Source: an uncultured Actinomycetes bacterium
GTDB lineage: Bacteria; Actinomycetota; Thermoleophilia; UBA2241
Direction: 5' to 3'
DNA length: 64,000 nucleotides
Assembly: GCA_963767005.1 (NCBI GenBank)
Contig: CAVYCN010000010.1
Span: 64,001 to 128,000 of the forward strand
Positions 20,601-28,533 of the stretch are shown here, piece after piece (position 1 is the first letter of the stretch; each line of letters opens with the position of its first letter). A model generated the notes under the pieces. That model made no database searches, was not told the DNA's origin, and worked only from the letters and a program-made list of their open reading frames with translations. The position numbers and the translations under genes were made by a program.

Positions 20601-20613
20601 ACGCCTTCATCAC
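11686..20613 (-). CDS. Giant secreted protein (2975 aa): YCF48/BNR-like beta-propeller, roughly 25+ chitobiase-C/OmpL47-like Ig repeats, Lys-rich C-terminal domain
   Basis: Signal peptide; repeats GW.VG.GG.VxHTTNGGTxWxxQTSG; repeats DxTxPTTT...TYYTxDGG.QQTYSG.F.VSG...HxVTYWSVDxAGNxE...GYVNID; RBS AAGGGGG. Confidence 0.9.
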   Translation of the reverse strand: MMKAYPWSSRRPLAGPRRRRRLCGACVAVVLVVLAAAGVCGATTARAATYNAWTAQSPGVNVTWYGAWFADASNGWLAGGTGNIRHTTNGGTTWAAQTLTPTTTQSLRSVCFVGNQNGWAVGGGGVVYHTTNGGTSWATQTSGVTGTIYGVSFVDANNGWFCTTGGVVRHTTNGGTTWTAQTTGITSTIYGVAFTDTNNGWLITTGGGVRHTTNGGTNWTAQTSGTTQQLRGISFVNSSVGWVTGSAGAVSHTTNGGTNWTLQTLTPTTTQTLYDTYATDANNAWVIGGGGVIYRTTNGGSSWATQTSATTQTQRGICGAGGSLWACGAGGTCQTYLIDSTPPVTTATGLQSSGSTWQTAGQQVILNATDSQSGVSATYYTIDSGAQTTYTAPFTISTQGSHKITYWSVDKGGNTETSHTGYVNIDATAPTTTTSSLQTASNTGWQTAGQTVTLTATDAVSGVATTKYTVDGGAAQLYGGPFPVSGNGSHTVTYWSTDYAGNVETTHTGYVNIDTSAPTTTATGLQASGTTGWQNVSQVVSLAGNDALSGVAATYYTIDSGTKQTYTGAFTISTQGSHKVTYWSVDAVNNTEATNTGYVNIDLAAPTVTDDSDGLWHHAAVTVHLTPADSGGSGLAGTQERLQGGSTWTTATGNAFTVAAPADHSADGVHVYQYRALDNAGNSSTIGSCTVWIDTSAPATTAVGLAADDLSGWRTTSQTVSLSADDGLGSGVASISYTIDGGGTQTYSTPFTVSGQGQHPVTYWATDAAGNVEAVHTGWVNISNPYAQAAGLAADGSSGWQDTAATVTITGSGDHAPISVTYGIDGTTPQKAASDPASFTVSTQGSHPVVFWATNNVGIDSLHQTGYVNLDLTAPQTAATNLQSTQASGWSTTGVTVKLSASDTGGSGLSSTWYTVDSGSAQLYTGPFLVTGDGSHPVTYWSVDVAGNIEAHDATHNTGYVNIDSTAPTTTATGLQTTGTSGWVSGAQTIRFTASDGGAGMTGGSAATYYTVDGGDMQTYSGAFQVSGERSHTVKYWSVDAVGNIEPQHTGYVNIDGAPPTTTATGLQTTGSSGWVTTAQSVSLSASDATSGMTGGSAATYYTVDGGAQQTYSGAFQVSGERSHRVTYWSVDAAGNVETPANVGYVNIDPTPPTTTATGLQSSATSGWTNAAQVTVNLSAGDATSGMANGSAATYYTLDGGAQQTYSGAFQVSGERSHTVTYWSVDAAGNIETPANVGYVNIDWTAPQTAATGLQSSATTGWQNTSQTVSLAATDDLSGTATTYYKLDSQPAQTYTNSFGVSGQSSHTVLYWSVDAAGNIESQNTGYVNIDSTAPTVADDADDAWHNQPVPVTLTPHDTGGSGVAGTQYRLQGSSTWLDATGNQFVVAAPSDGSNDGARIYEYRALDNAGNPSATHTCTVKIDTQGPVVTPTGLQVDDLTGWQTASQQVTLAATDAGSGVVHIYYTVDGGAQTTYSGPFTVANTVNTSHAIVYWAVDALGNVTVHKTGYVNISNPNAQATNLAPDASSGWQKAATTVTITGSGDHTPITVSYSTDGGTTWTTAASPASVTFSTQGSHAVSYYATNSVSVQSVHETGYCNIDLTKPTTTATGLQTSATTGWQTASQSVTLSPSDTGGSGLASTTYTVDGGSATPYTVLFVISANGSHPVTYFSTDNAGNAETTHTGYVNIDTQAPTTTATNLQADDHSGWVTNATPISVTLAPSDSGSGMTGGSAATYYTLDGSDQATYSGAFTVSGDGQHQVTYWSVDALGNTEAVNNGYVNIDTTPPTTTATNLVASASTGWQNAPVTVTLSASDAVSGAATTYYTVDGAQQTYSTPFTVSAEGSHHITYWSVDAAGNTEAPGSGYVNIDTTAPTVTDNAGAAWHDAAFTVTLTPSDGSGSGIAATQYRPQGSQTWLVTSGNSFTVAAPSDHSNDGSHAYEYRAIDNAGNASVVGGASGICTVNIDTRAPTTSALGLQANNHSGWQNTPQTVTLTGGDGTGSGVASTSYNLNSGGTQSYITPFQVSTAGSTMVGYWSVDNAGNSETAKLGYVNIDTTPPTVTDDSDAVWHNSDVVVQLTPADTGGSGVASTQYRLQGSSTWLAATNNAFTVPAPAGGSDDGAQTYEYQATDNAGNTSTLHTCTVKIDTQAPQTTTSDLQTSADTGWQQTSQLVHLTASDAGSGMSGGAAVTYYTLDGGTRQTYTAAFTVSGSKSHRIVYWSVDKIGNIETPHVGFVNVDTVAPVTSATNLAATSNSGWVNSPQLVSLTASDGLSGVATTSYTIDGGAQQTYTGPFTISADGQHAVTYWSVDNAGNTEAIEHGYVNIDTTPPTSTDPGLAPDSISDWRTTSQTVSLSASDGTGAVSGLQSITYTLDTGSPQTYSGQFTVSGDGQHEITYYATDKAGNVEATHTGWVNISNPYAQSNGLTADASSDWHTGPASATITAGGDNGPFTIYYTVDGGAQQTAANTVTIPESTDGSHVIVFYAENSYHVDGVTQTCYLNVDQTPPTTTTQDLQSSPTTGWATTPQTVTLEPSDKTSGMSGGVAATYYTIDGGTRQTYSGSFQVSGDGSHTIEYWSVDAAGNLEAPANVGYVNIDATPPTVGDDSDSAWYNAPVTVTVTADDGANGSGIASVQYRLQGAATWLPATNGQFVVPAPSDGSNDGVHAYEYQATDNAGNTSATGTCSVKIDTQGPVVSNDADAYWHNAAVAVHLSAIDAGAGVSQIDYRLQGAATWTPVNAAQATVNVPLPTDGQPHSSTYEYTASDAIGNATAIATFTVNIDPTMPNTIIHGLPTAAWVNHPVSLTFTATPGSGAPIDHTEYSRDGGGTWTPIAAGTPLPISTAGQTTILYRSVNTAGTIENPARSATVRIDLGKPSGKGLKNVTIKHNKVGKLSYRVTDASPSCGYARVTITIYLKKKVVKRIVIKQAATNRNLVYKYKAKLKPGSYTWKVSAVDLAGNRQTRLTAKKLIIK

Positions 20614-20693
20614 CGACCAGCCCCCTTCGCTACGCTCGCGCGCGCGGAAAATCGCTCGTGTTCACCACCACTTCGACCACGCATCGCTCCCAT

Positions 20694-20721
20694 TACTCGG
20701 CATGAGTACGAGGGAAGTTAA
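20694..20721 (-). promoter_or_regulatory. Putative sigma-28-type promoter for the 2975 aa gene
   Basis: Minus strand TTAAC-N15-GCCGAGTA. Confidence 0.55.
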
Positions 20722-20934
20722 TGGGACGTTTGCCTAGGTAGGCGACCCTAGGGGGGTAGGGAACGGTGCCCAGACGGTCTGGGGAAGGGGCCCTATGGCG
20801 CGGCGCTGCGCGGGCGGGCCGCCGGGCGGCTCGCCCGCCCGCGCCGGTCAACGCCGTAGGATGGCCGTGCGGCGGTGGTACGGGTGCTGCGGCGGCGCGG
20901 AGCGCCGCCGCACTCGGGCGAGACGGGAGGCGCG

Positions 20935-21717
20935 ATGGGCGAGGCAGCGGTCGTCACGGGGGCGTCGTCGGGTCTCGGCGCCGAGCTGGCCCGGGTGTCG
21001 GCGGCGGCGGGCTGGGACCTGCTGCTGGTCGCCCGTCGCGAGGAGCGCCTGCGCGCGCTCGCAGCCGAGCTCGAGGCGGCGCACGGCGTCGCCGCGCACG
21101 TGGCGCCGATCGACCTCTCGCGGCCGGGTGCCGCCGCCGAGGTCGTGGCGGCCGCCGAGCGACACGGTCTCGACGTTGCGTGCCTGGTCTGCGCCGCGGG
21201 CTTCGGCACCTACGGCCCGTTCGTGGGGCTCGATCTCGAGCGCGCGCTCGCCGAGCTGCAGGTCAACGCCGCGGCGCCGCTCGCCCTGAGCCGTGCCTTC
21301 CTGCCGCGCATGGTCGCGCGCGGTCGCGGCAGGGTGCTGCTGGTGAGCTCGGTCGCCGGCTTTCAGCCGGGGCCCTACATGGCGACCTACCACGCGAGCA
21401 AGGCGTTTCTCACCTGGTTCGGTGAGGCGCTTGCCGAGGAGCTGCGCGGCACCGGCGTCACGGTCACCGTGAGCTGCCCGGGGCCACTTGCGACGGAGTT
21501 CGACGAGGTGGCCGGCAAGCGGTCGGGTCGCCTGCGACGGGCCGGCTGGGGGCGCCCGACCGCGCGCGTCGCGCGCGACGCCTATGAAGCGATGATGGCC
21601 GGCAGGGTCCTCGTCGTCCACGGCGGCGCCAACCTCGCCGGCGTCGAGGCCCTGCGCCTCGCGCCTCGCGGACTCGTGAGAGCCGCCGTCGCCCTCGTCA
21701 ACCGTCGCGGTCGCTGA
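20935..21717 (+). CDS. Short-chain dehydrogenase/reductase (SDR)
   Basis: VVTGASSGLG (TGxxxGxG) and catalytic YHASK (YxxxK); RBS GGGAGG before ATG 20935. Confidence 0.9.
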   Translation: MGEAAVVTGASSGLGAELARVSAAAGWDLLLVARREERLRALAAELEAAHGVAAHVAPIDLSRPGAAAEVVAAAERHGLDVACLVCAAGFGTYGPFVGLDLERALAELQVNAAAPLALSRAFLPRMVARGRGRVLLVSSVAGFQPGPYMATYHASKAFLTWFGEALAEELRGTGVTVTVSCPGPLATEFDEVAGKRSGRLRRAGWGRPTARVARDAYEAMMAGRVLVVHGGANLAGVEALRLAPRGLVRAAVALVNRRGR

Positions 21718-22699
21718 AGCCGCCGGCCGGGCGCTTGCCGGCGGCGCCCGTCTCTGCCGCGCCGTCCGCGCCGCCCGCGACAGCCGCGCCGCTTCGCCCT
21801 TCGGCCAGGCCCGCGGCGCCGAGCACGGCCAGCGCCCCGACGATCGACGCCATGCCGACCGCCTCGAAGCCGCCCGGCCGTTCGCCGAGCTGCGCCCAGG
21901 CGGCGAGCACGCCGATCGCCGGCACGGCCAGCGTGCCGAGGCCCGCGGCGCCCGCCGAGAGGGCGCGCAGCGCGACGAGCCAGAGCAGCCAGGCGAGGAC
22001 GTTGGCGAGCAGCACCGTGTACGAGAGGGTCGCCGCGAACGGCAGGGTCCAGCGCGGCCCCGCGCTGCCGACGATCAGCGCGACCGCGACGAGTGGCGCC
22101 GTGCCGATCACCATCTGCCAGGTCGTGAGCGACAGCAGGTCGACGTGCTGCTTGCGCTGCAGCAGCTTGACGACGAGCGAACCGGCCGCCCAGGCGATGC
22201 CGCCGGCGACGGCGAGCGTGCTGCTGCGCAGGTCGTGCAGCCGCCAGGGGACGATGACGAGCACGAGGCCGGCCAGCGCCAGGCCGACCGCTACCGTACG
22301 GGTGCGCCCCAGGCGCTCGCCCAGAAAGGCGCGCGCGAGCAGCAGCAGCCAGAACGGCATGGTGTAGGTGAGCACCGCGACCTTGCCGGCGCCGCCCTCG
22401 GCGACCGCCCACACAGAGAGGCCGACGAAGGCGGTGGTCTGCAGGAGGCCGACCACGACGGTGTAGCCGGGGACCGGCAACCGCAGCGAGCGGCGCGTGA
22501 CGAGCAGCACGGCGAACAGGCAGGGCAGGCTGAGGGCGCCGCGCAGCGCGGCGAAAGTGAGCGCCGGGCAGTAGCCGAGCGCGATCTTGCTTGCCACCCA
22601 GCCGTAGCCCCAGATGGGGGCGATCACGGCCAGCGCGACGACCCCGAGGTCGCCTTGGCGGGACCGCGTCCCGCCGGAGACGCTGCGTGAGGTCGACAC
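21698..22699 (-). CDS. DMT/EamA family transporter
   Basis: IWGYGWVASK, LTYTMPFW, LGERL, AWAQLGERP; about 10 TM helices. Confidence 0.88.
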   Translation of the reverse strand: MSTSRSVSGGTRSRQGDLGVVALAVIAPIWGYGWVASKIALGYCPALTFAALRGALSLPCLFAVLLVTRRSLRLPVPGYTVVVGLLQTTAFVGLSVWAVAEGGAGKVAVLTYTMPFWLLLLARAFLGERLGRTRTVAVGLALAGLVLVIVPWRLHDLRSSTLAVAGGIAWAAGSLVVKLLQRKQHVDLLSLTTWQMVIGTAPLVAVALIVGSAGPRWTLPFAATLSYTVLLANVLAWLLWLVALRALSAGAAGLGTLAVPAIGVLAAWAQLGERPGGFEAVGMASIVGALAVLGAAGLAEGRSGAAVAGGADGAAETGAAGKRPAGGFSDRDG

Positions 22700-22711
22700 C
22701 GTGCTCTACCG

Positions 22712-24067
22712 TCAGCGGCCGCTGCCCGGCGTCGCCGTGATCTCGTCGAGGATCGCCGCGAGCTCCCCCGTCAGCCGCCGGCGCTCGTAGCGCTCGAGCC
22801 CGGGTCTCTGCGCCCGGGTGCGCAGCGACCCGTCGGCCTTCGCGGCCGCGAGGGTGGCGAGCCGGCGCGCGATGGCGGCGACGTCGTGCGGGTGTTCGGC
22901 CCAGCCGGCGTCGAGCGCGGCTACGAGGGCCGCGGCCTCGCCGTCGGGCGGCCCCAGGACGAGGGTCGGCAGGCCCATCGCCAGGTACTCGAAGAGCTTG
23001 CCGGTCATCGACGCCTTGGCGCCTGGGCCCTCGGCGATCAGCAGGACGCCGACGTCGGCCGCGGCCACACGCTCGAGCGCGGCGGCGTGCGGCAGGTAGC
23101 CCGGGCAATCGACCGCGTCGCCCACGCCGTGGGCCTGGGCCGCGGCGGTCACGGCGTCGGGCACGTTGCCGATGAACTCGAGTCGCACGTCGACATCGGG
23201 CCGTGTGCGGCGCAGCTCGCCGAGGGCGCGTATGAGGTCCCACGGCTCCGCGTGGTTGGCGTAGATGCGACCCATGAAGGTCAGGCGCAGCGTCGAGTCG
23301 TCGCGCGGCGACCAGGCCGCGGTGATGTCGCTCGGGTCGAAGCCGTTGGGCAGGATGCGAACGTCACGGGCGCCGAGCTGCTCGGCCTCGTCGCGGATCG
23401 GCGCGGTGACGGCCAGCACGACATCGGCGGCCGCGAGCACGCGGCGTTCGACCGCGAGCGCGTGGCGGCGCGCGGCCGCGAGCGGGTACCAGATCGTCGA
23501 GCTGTCGCGCCAGGCGTCGCGGAGGTCGACGATCAGCGGGACGCCGAGCCTGCGCGCCGTGCGGGCACCGGCCACGGTCACCGAGAACGGCGGGCCAGAG
23601 GCGACGACCGCGCTGACGGAATGGGTGCGGCCCAGCGACGCGCCGGCCCGGGCGGCAAGCGGCGACCACCAGGCGGCGTCGTCGAACGATACCAGGCGGG
23701 CGAGCCGGGCCGAGCCGCTGTGGCGTGGCCGAGCCGGCGTCCCCGTCGCCCGACGGGGGTCGGCGCCGGCTCTGGTCGTGGGTGGGGTGCGGCGCGCGTC
23801 GCGCAAGGCGGCGCCTGCCCGCTTGGCCGGCCCCACCGCGCGCGCGACGAGCGCCGAGACGCGCAGCGGTCGCAGGCGGGCGACGCTGAGCCCGGCGACG
23901 CCCTCGAGCAGCGAGTCGTCGCGCGGCTTCCCCGGGATCGGCGAGCTCGTGACCACGACGGGCGTCCAGCCGAAGTCGGGCAGGTAACGGGCGAACTTGG
24001 CGCAGCGCTGTACCCCGCCTCCGCCCGATGGCGGGAACTCGTACGTGAAGATCAGGACAGTTGGCAT
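22712..24067 (-). CDS. Glycosyltransferase family 4 (GT-B)
   Basis: LIFTYEFPPSGGGGVQR, ASGPPFS, DLRDAW, ILPNGFD, TGKLFEYLAMGLP. Confidence 0.88.
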   Translation of the reverse strand: MPTVLIFTYEFPPSGGGGVQRCAKFARYLPDFGWTPVVVTSSPIPGKPRDDSLLEGVAGLSVARLRPLRVSALVARAVGPAKRAGAALRDARRTPPTTRAGADPRRATGTPARPRHSGSARLARLVSFDDAAWWSPLAARAGASLGRTHSVSAVVASGPPFSVTVAGARTARRLGVPLIVDLRDAWRDSSTIWYPLAAARRHALAVERRVLAAADVVLAVTAPIRDEAEQLGARDVRILPNGFDPSDITAAWSPRDDSTLRLTFMGRIYANHAEPWDLIRALGELRRTRPDVDVRLEFIGNVPDAVTAAAQAHGVGDAVDCPGYLPHAAALERVAAADVGVLLIAEGPGAKASMTGKLFEYLAMGLPTLVLGPPDGEAAALVAALDAGWAEHPHDVAAIARRLATLAAAKADGSLRTRAQRPGLERYERRRLTGELAAILDEITATPGSGR

Positions 24068-24249
24068 GGGCGACTCGACAGGGATTTGCGGGACCGTGCA
24101 CGCGGCCGTCCCCGCGGTCGGACACGGGAGCGGCGCAAGTATAGCATCGCCGCGATCGGCGCCTGCCGGAGGGGCGTGCGCCGGGCGGGGGCGCCGCGGT
24201 CGCGCCGCCGTGTTGCCGTTTCTGGGGCGCCCTCGCGCGGGTGCGCGAG

Positions 24250-24277
24250 TCAAGCACCCCCGCTCCGCTGCCGATAG
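24250..24277 (+). promoter_or_regulatory. Putative sigma-28-type promoter
   Basis: TCAAG-N15-GCCGATAG. Confidence 0.65.
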
Positions 24278-24342
24278 CGCTGGTAGCATGACTCGAGCCG
24301 GCCCGCTCCTCGGGGTCGGCGCCGTCAGGGGGAGGTCCCGGG

Positions 24343-26061
24343 TTGAAGCTGCTGAAGAACCTTGTCGGGGCGCACGGCCCCACCGTGCTGGTCGCCACGC
24401 TGGCCGCGGCCGGCGCGCTGCTCGCGGCCGCGCCGGCGGCGCAGGCGACGGTCTGGGCCGCGCACGGCGACACGAGAGTGTTCCCGACCACGGCGCCGGG
24501 CACCACCAGGACCGTCACGCTGGCCGCGGCCGGTGGCGAGTACGTCGGTGAGATCATCGGCCTGCGCGGCGGCTCCACGCGTCACGTGACGGTGACCTGG
24601 GCCGACGGCAGCGACCCGCTGCTGACCGGCAACAGCGTGCTCGACCAGGTCGCCTTCGTGCGCATCACCCACGTCACGACCTACAGCGGCGCCAAGCCCG
24701 GCCTGTACCCCGACCCCCTGTTGCCGCGCGCCTTCGGCCAGACGCTGAGCGCGCCGGCGCGGAGCTCGTCGCTCTACGTCCTGTTCCACGTGCCGTATGG
24801 CACCGCCGCCGGCACCTACACGGGCACGCTGCACGTCGTCAACGGCGCCGGCGAGCAGGTCGACCTGCCGGTGAGCCTGCAGGTCTGGGACTTCGGCTGG
24901 ACCAAGCTGAGCGTGGAGACGCTCTACTCGGCCAACTTCCGCACGATCGTCGATCAGGTCGACACCTACCGGATGCTCCAGCAGCACGGCGTGACGGCGC
25001 TCATGCCGAAGGTCGTCCCCAGGACGTCGTCGAACGGCGCCATCAACGCGACCTCGTACGCGAGCGCCCTCAAGCCCTATCTCGCGAGCGACGGGCTCGA
25101 CCTGCAGCTGACCCGCTTCCCCTGGCTCAACTGGTGGCCCGACTACTCCTGGAAGTGGGCGGCCGGCAACAAGGACCTCATGAACTTCCTGACCAGCGTC
25201 TGCCGCGTCTTCAAGGACAACGGCTGGCAGGACAAGCTCGTCGCCTACCCCATCGACGAGCCCCTCAGCCGAGCGACCGAGCTGCGCGCTCAGGCGCTCG
25301 CGGTGAGCCTGCACAAGGCGAGCGCGAAGGTCGGCTTTCGCGCCAAGTTCCTGCTGACCGACGACCCGCGCACGAGCACGCTCGGGCCCATGCTGCCGGC
25401 CAACACCGAGCTCTTCAACGACGTCGACATCTGGTGCACGCGCTACTACTACTTCTTCGGGCGCGTGCCGCTCCTGCGCAAGCTGCAGCGTACGCGCGGC
25501 GCCCAGGTCTGGTGGTATCCCTACTACAACTCGTCGGTGAAGGTGCTGCCCAACTTCGTGATCGACAAGGGCCTGGCCGACGAGCGTTCCTGGGGCTGGC
25601 TGATGTACCAGTGGAACGTCGACGGCATGCTCTACTGGGGCGTGAACCGCTGGGGCAACGCCCGGACGGGCAAGGGCTACCGCGACCCGTACCAGAACCC
25701 TCTCTCGTTCGAGTATGCGGACGGCCGCGTGGCCAACGGCGAGGCCTGCCTGATCTACCCCGGCTACTATCCGCGCTACGGCCTCGACGACAAGCACGCG
25801 CCGTGCGTCTCGTCGCTACGCCTCGAGGCGCTGCGCGACGGCTTTCAGGACCTCGAGTACTGCCGCATCGCGACCAAGCTGATCGGCGCCACGGCCGTGC
25901 GCGCCATCGTCGCGCGCGTCACCCAGTATCCCTACCCCGTCAAGTACGGCCACATCTTCCGGTTCCCCAAGTACGCGAAGTCGATCTCGACGTACGACTC
26001 GGCGCGTGCCGCCCTCGCCCAGGCGATCGAGCAGGCCGAGCAGGCGCAGTCCGGGTCGTGA
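24343..26061 (+). CDS. Secreted DUF4091 / GH123-like glycoside hydrolase
   Basis: Signal peptide (APAAQA); YPDPLLP, YPIDEP, GMLYWG, NGEACLIYPG, SSLRLEALRDGFQDLEY. TTG start with RBS GGGGAGG. Confidence 0.8.
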   Translation: MKLLKNLVGAHGPTVLVATLAAAGALLAAAPAAQATVWAAHGDTRVFPTTAPGTTRTVTLAAAGGEYVGEIIGLRGGSTRHVTVTWADGSDPLLTGNSVLDQVAFVRITHVTTYSGAKPGLYPDPLLPRAFGQTLSAPARSSSLYVLFHVPYGTAAGTYTGTLHVVNGAGEQVDLPVSLQVWDFGWTKLSVETLYSANFRTIVDQVDTYRMLQQHGVTALMPKVVPRTSSNGAINATSYASALKPYLASDGLDLQLTRFPWLNWWPDYSWKWAAGNKDLMNFLTSVCRVFKDNGWQDKLVAYPIDEPLSRATELRAQALAVSLHKASAKVGFRAKFLLTDDPRTSTLGPMLPANTELFNDVDIWCTRYYYFFGRVPLLRKLQRTRGAQVWWYPYYNSSVKVLPNFVIDKGLADERSWGWLMYQWNVDGMLYWGVNRWGNARTGKGYRDPYQNPLSFEYADGRVANGEACLIYPGYYPRYGLDDKHAPCVSSLRLEALRDGFQDLEYCRIATKLIGATAVRAIVARVTQYPYPVKYGHIFRFPKYAKSISTYDSARAALAQAIEQAEQAQSGS

Positions 26062-26131
26062 GTGCGGCCGCGGGTGCAGGCCGAGGCCGGGAGCGGCTCG
26101 GTCGGGCCGTGAGCGAGGCCGTGGGCGCCGC

Positions 26132-26719
26132 TCACCAGAGCCGGTCGATCGTCCCGGGATAGAGCTCGATCCGCGCCCGCCGGAACGCGGCGGCGTGCCG
26201 GCGGGCGTGATCGCTCAGAAAGGCCGCCATGACGGTCTTGCCGAGCCCGTCGCTGGGCAGCGGCGCGGCCGGCGTGCCGCCGACCAGGACGGCGCCGGGC
26301 AGCGGCGACCAGCCGGCGCGCCCGTAGAACGTCTCGAGCTCGGGATCGCAGGTAAGCAGGCCCAGGTCGGCACCCGACTCCTGCATGAGCTCGCCGGCGG
26401 CCCTGACGAGGTGTGTGCCGTGCCCGCGACGTCGCCAGCGCCCGTCGGTCACGACCGCGCTCAGCCCGCTCGTCTCGAAGCGCTCGCCCGCGTGGACGAG
26501 GCGTTTGGACAGGACCGCGAGCGCGGCCACGACCGTGTCATCCGCGAGCAAGGCCAAGCAGACGGGGCTCAGCGCCTCGTCGTGGGCGAGCTCGGCCGAC
26601 GCTGCGTCGGGCCACGCGCCCCGTTCGAGCACGGCGATCTGCCGGCGCACGGCGGCAGGCACCGCCGCCTGCGGCCAGCAGGCGACGATCGGCGGCGTCG
26701 GGGCGCCGGGGTCGGTCAC
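26132..26719 (-). CDS. GNAT family N-acetyltransferase
   Basis: LSAVVTDGRWRRRGHG (acetyl-CoA motif A) and FYGRAGW; RBS GGAGGAG before GTG 26719. Confidence 0.85.
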   Translation of the reverse strand: MTDPGAPTPPIVACWPQAAVPAAVRRQIAVLERGAWPDAASAELAHDEALSPVCLALLADDTVVAALAVLSKRLVHAGERFETSGLSAVVTDGRWRRRGHGTHLVRAAGELMQESGADLGLLTCDPELETFYGRAGWSPLPGAVLVGGTPAAPLPSDGLGKTVMAAFLSDHARRHAAAFRRARIELYPGTIDRLW

Positions 26720-26843
26720 GGTGCTCCTCCGGGTGGCGGTGTCGGTGCGCACCAAGCTCGACGCGCGCGTGCATGGTACACCCACCGGTCCGTCTGCCGC
26801 GACGCCCGCTGCGGCGGGTCGCAGGCGGGTAGACTGCGAGCCG

Positions 26844-27710
26844 ATGGTGGCGAAGGCAACGCCGATAGAGCAGCGCCCGGCGGTGGGCGACTACCACGTG
26901 CACAGCCGCTTCTCGGACGGCCGGGACGGCGTCGCGGCGAGCGTCGCGCAGGCGGCGCGGCTCGGGCTGCCCGAGATCGGCATCAGCGATCACTTCACGC
27001 CGTCGTGCCTGGCCGCGGCCGGCTGCTACGGCATCACGCGTGACCGTCTGGACGGCTATGTGGATGCCGTACGTGCGGTCGCCGCGACGCACACCCGGCC
27101 GCGCGTGCTGCTGGGTGTCGAGGTCGACTACCTGCCCGAGGCCGTGGGCGAGACGCTCGCGACGCTCTCGCGCTTCCGCTTCGACTACGTCCTGTGCTCC
27201 GTCCACTTCGTCGACGGCTTCGGCATCATCGAGGCGGGCGCGGTCGACGACGAGCGCTGGCGCGACGTCGACCGCGTCTGGCGGCGCTACTACGAGACGC
27301 TGATCGAGGCCGTCGGCCTGGGCGTGTTCGACGTCGTCGCCCACCTCGACCTGCCCAAGAAGTGGGGCTTTCGGCCCGCCGCCGAGCTGGGCGCGCTCGA
27401 GGACCGGGCGCTCGCCGCCATCGCCGCCGCCGGGATGGCCATCGAGATCAACACGTCGGGGCTCGACCGTCACCCCGTCGGCGAGATGTACCCGGCTCCC
27501 GGCCTGCTGCGGCGCGCGCGGCTGGCCGGCATCCCCGTCACCTTCGGCTCAGACGCCCACCGGGCGGCGCGCGTGGGCTCGCGCCTCGACGAGGCGCTCG
27601 CCCTGGCGCGCGTCGCCGGCTACACGTCGTTCCTGCGGCTCTCCGACCGCGCGACGGTGCCGCTGCCGTCGTTGCCGGGCCCGCCGCCGCCCGTGCGGTC
27701 CGCGCTGTGA
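26844..27710 (+). CDS. PHP-family histidinol-phosphatase-like (HisJ/HisK family)
   Basis: DYHVHSRFSDG, GISDH, GVEVDY, SVH, AHLDL, EINTSG, GSDAH. TAGACT 8 nt upstream suggests a leaderless transcript. Confidence 0.85.
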   Translation: MVAKATPIEQRPAVGDYHVHSRFSDGRDGVAASVAQAARLGLPEIGISDHFTPSCLAAAGCYGITRDRLDGYVDAVRAVAATHTRPRVLLGVEVDYLPEAVGETLATLSRFRFDYVLCSVHFVDGFGIIEAGAVDDERWRDVDRVWRRYYETLIEAVGLGVFDVVAHLDLPKKWGFRPAAELGALEDRALAAIAAAGMAIEINTSGLDRHPVGEMYPAPGLLRRARLAGIPVTFGSDAHRAARVGSRLDEALALARVAGYTSFLRLSDRATVPLPSLPGPPPPVRSAL

Positions 27711-28330
27711 TCGGCGCCCTCGTCTCGGCGCGCTCCTTCTGGGGCTCCTCGCTGATCGCGGCCTGCTGGGCGCTCTGGGCGGTCGTCTGGGTCGGGGGCG
27801 CGCTCTACGGCGCCCGGCGCGCGCCGGCCGTCGCTCGTAGGGGACTGCCCAGCACGATGTGGCTCGGCGTCATCGTCGTCGGCTGGCTTCTGCTGCGCGC
27901 CCTGCCGCCGACCGAGTGGAGCTTCCTGACTGTGCGCACGGCCTGGCTGCGCGCGCTCGGCGCGGTCGTGCTCGTCGGTGCGACGGCCTTCACCCTGTGG
28001 GCTCGTGTGGCGCTGGGCCGCATGTGGTCGTCGGCGGCCGTCATCCGCGACGCCCACGAGCTGCGGACCACCGGTCCCTACGCGGTGACCCGGCACCCGA
28101 TCTATACCGGCATGCTCGGCATGCTGCTCGGCAGCGTCGTGGTGGCCGGCCTCGGGCGCTGGATCTGCGTGTTCCTGCTCGGTGTCGTCCTCGTGCTCAT
28201 CAAGGCCCGGGCAGAAGAGCGCCTGCTCGCCGAGGCCTTCGGCGCCGAGTACGCCGCCTACCGTACGCGCACGCCACAGCTCGTGCCCGGCCTGCCTCCG
28301 CCGCGTTCGGCCAGGCGCCGGGAGCCCTGA
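27707..28330 (+). CDS. Isoprenylcysteine carboxylmethyltransferase (ICMT/PEMT) family membrane protein
   Basis: HELRTTGPYAVTRHPIYTG and AEERLL..FG.EY..Y; GTGA overlap with the upstream stop. Confidence 0.85.
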   Translation: MIGALVSARSFWGSSLIAACWALWAVVWVGGALYGARRAPAVARRGLPSTMWLGVIVVGWLLLRALPPTEWSFLTVRTAWLRALGAVVLVGATAFTLWARVALGRMWSSAAVIRDAHELRTTGPYAVTRHPIYTGMLGMLLGSVVVAGLGRWICVFLLGVVLVLIKARAEERLLAEAFGAEYAAYRTRTPQLVPGLPPPRSARRREP

Positions 28331-28435
28331 GGGGCGCCGCCGGGCGACGCCAGGCGCGCAAGCGAAGCCTCGCCCGCCTGAGCGGCGACGACGAAGTCGC
28401 CCGCCGGCGATAGGCAGAAAGGCAGCCGCCGTCCT

Positions 28436-28464
28436 CTAAGCCGCGGGTCGCAACGCGCCGATAC
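28436..28464 (+). promoter_or_regulatory. Putative sigma-28-type promoter
   Basis: CTAAG-N16-GCCGATAC. Confidence 0.65.
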
Positions 28465-28533
28465 AGTCGTCACATACGACGACATCGAAACGTCGCTACC
28501 TACGACTACCGACGCGGAGCGAGGGGCTCGCCC

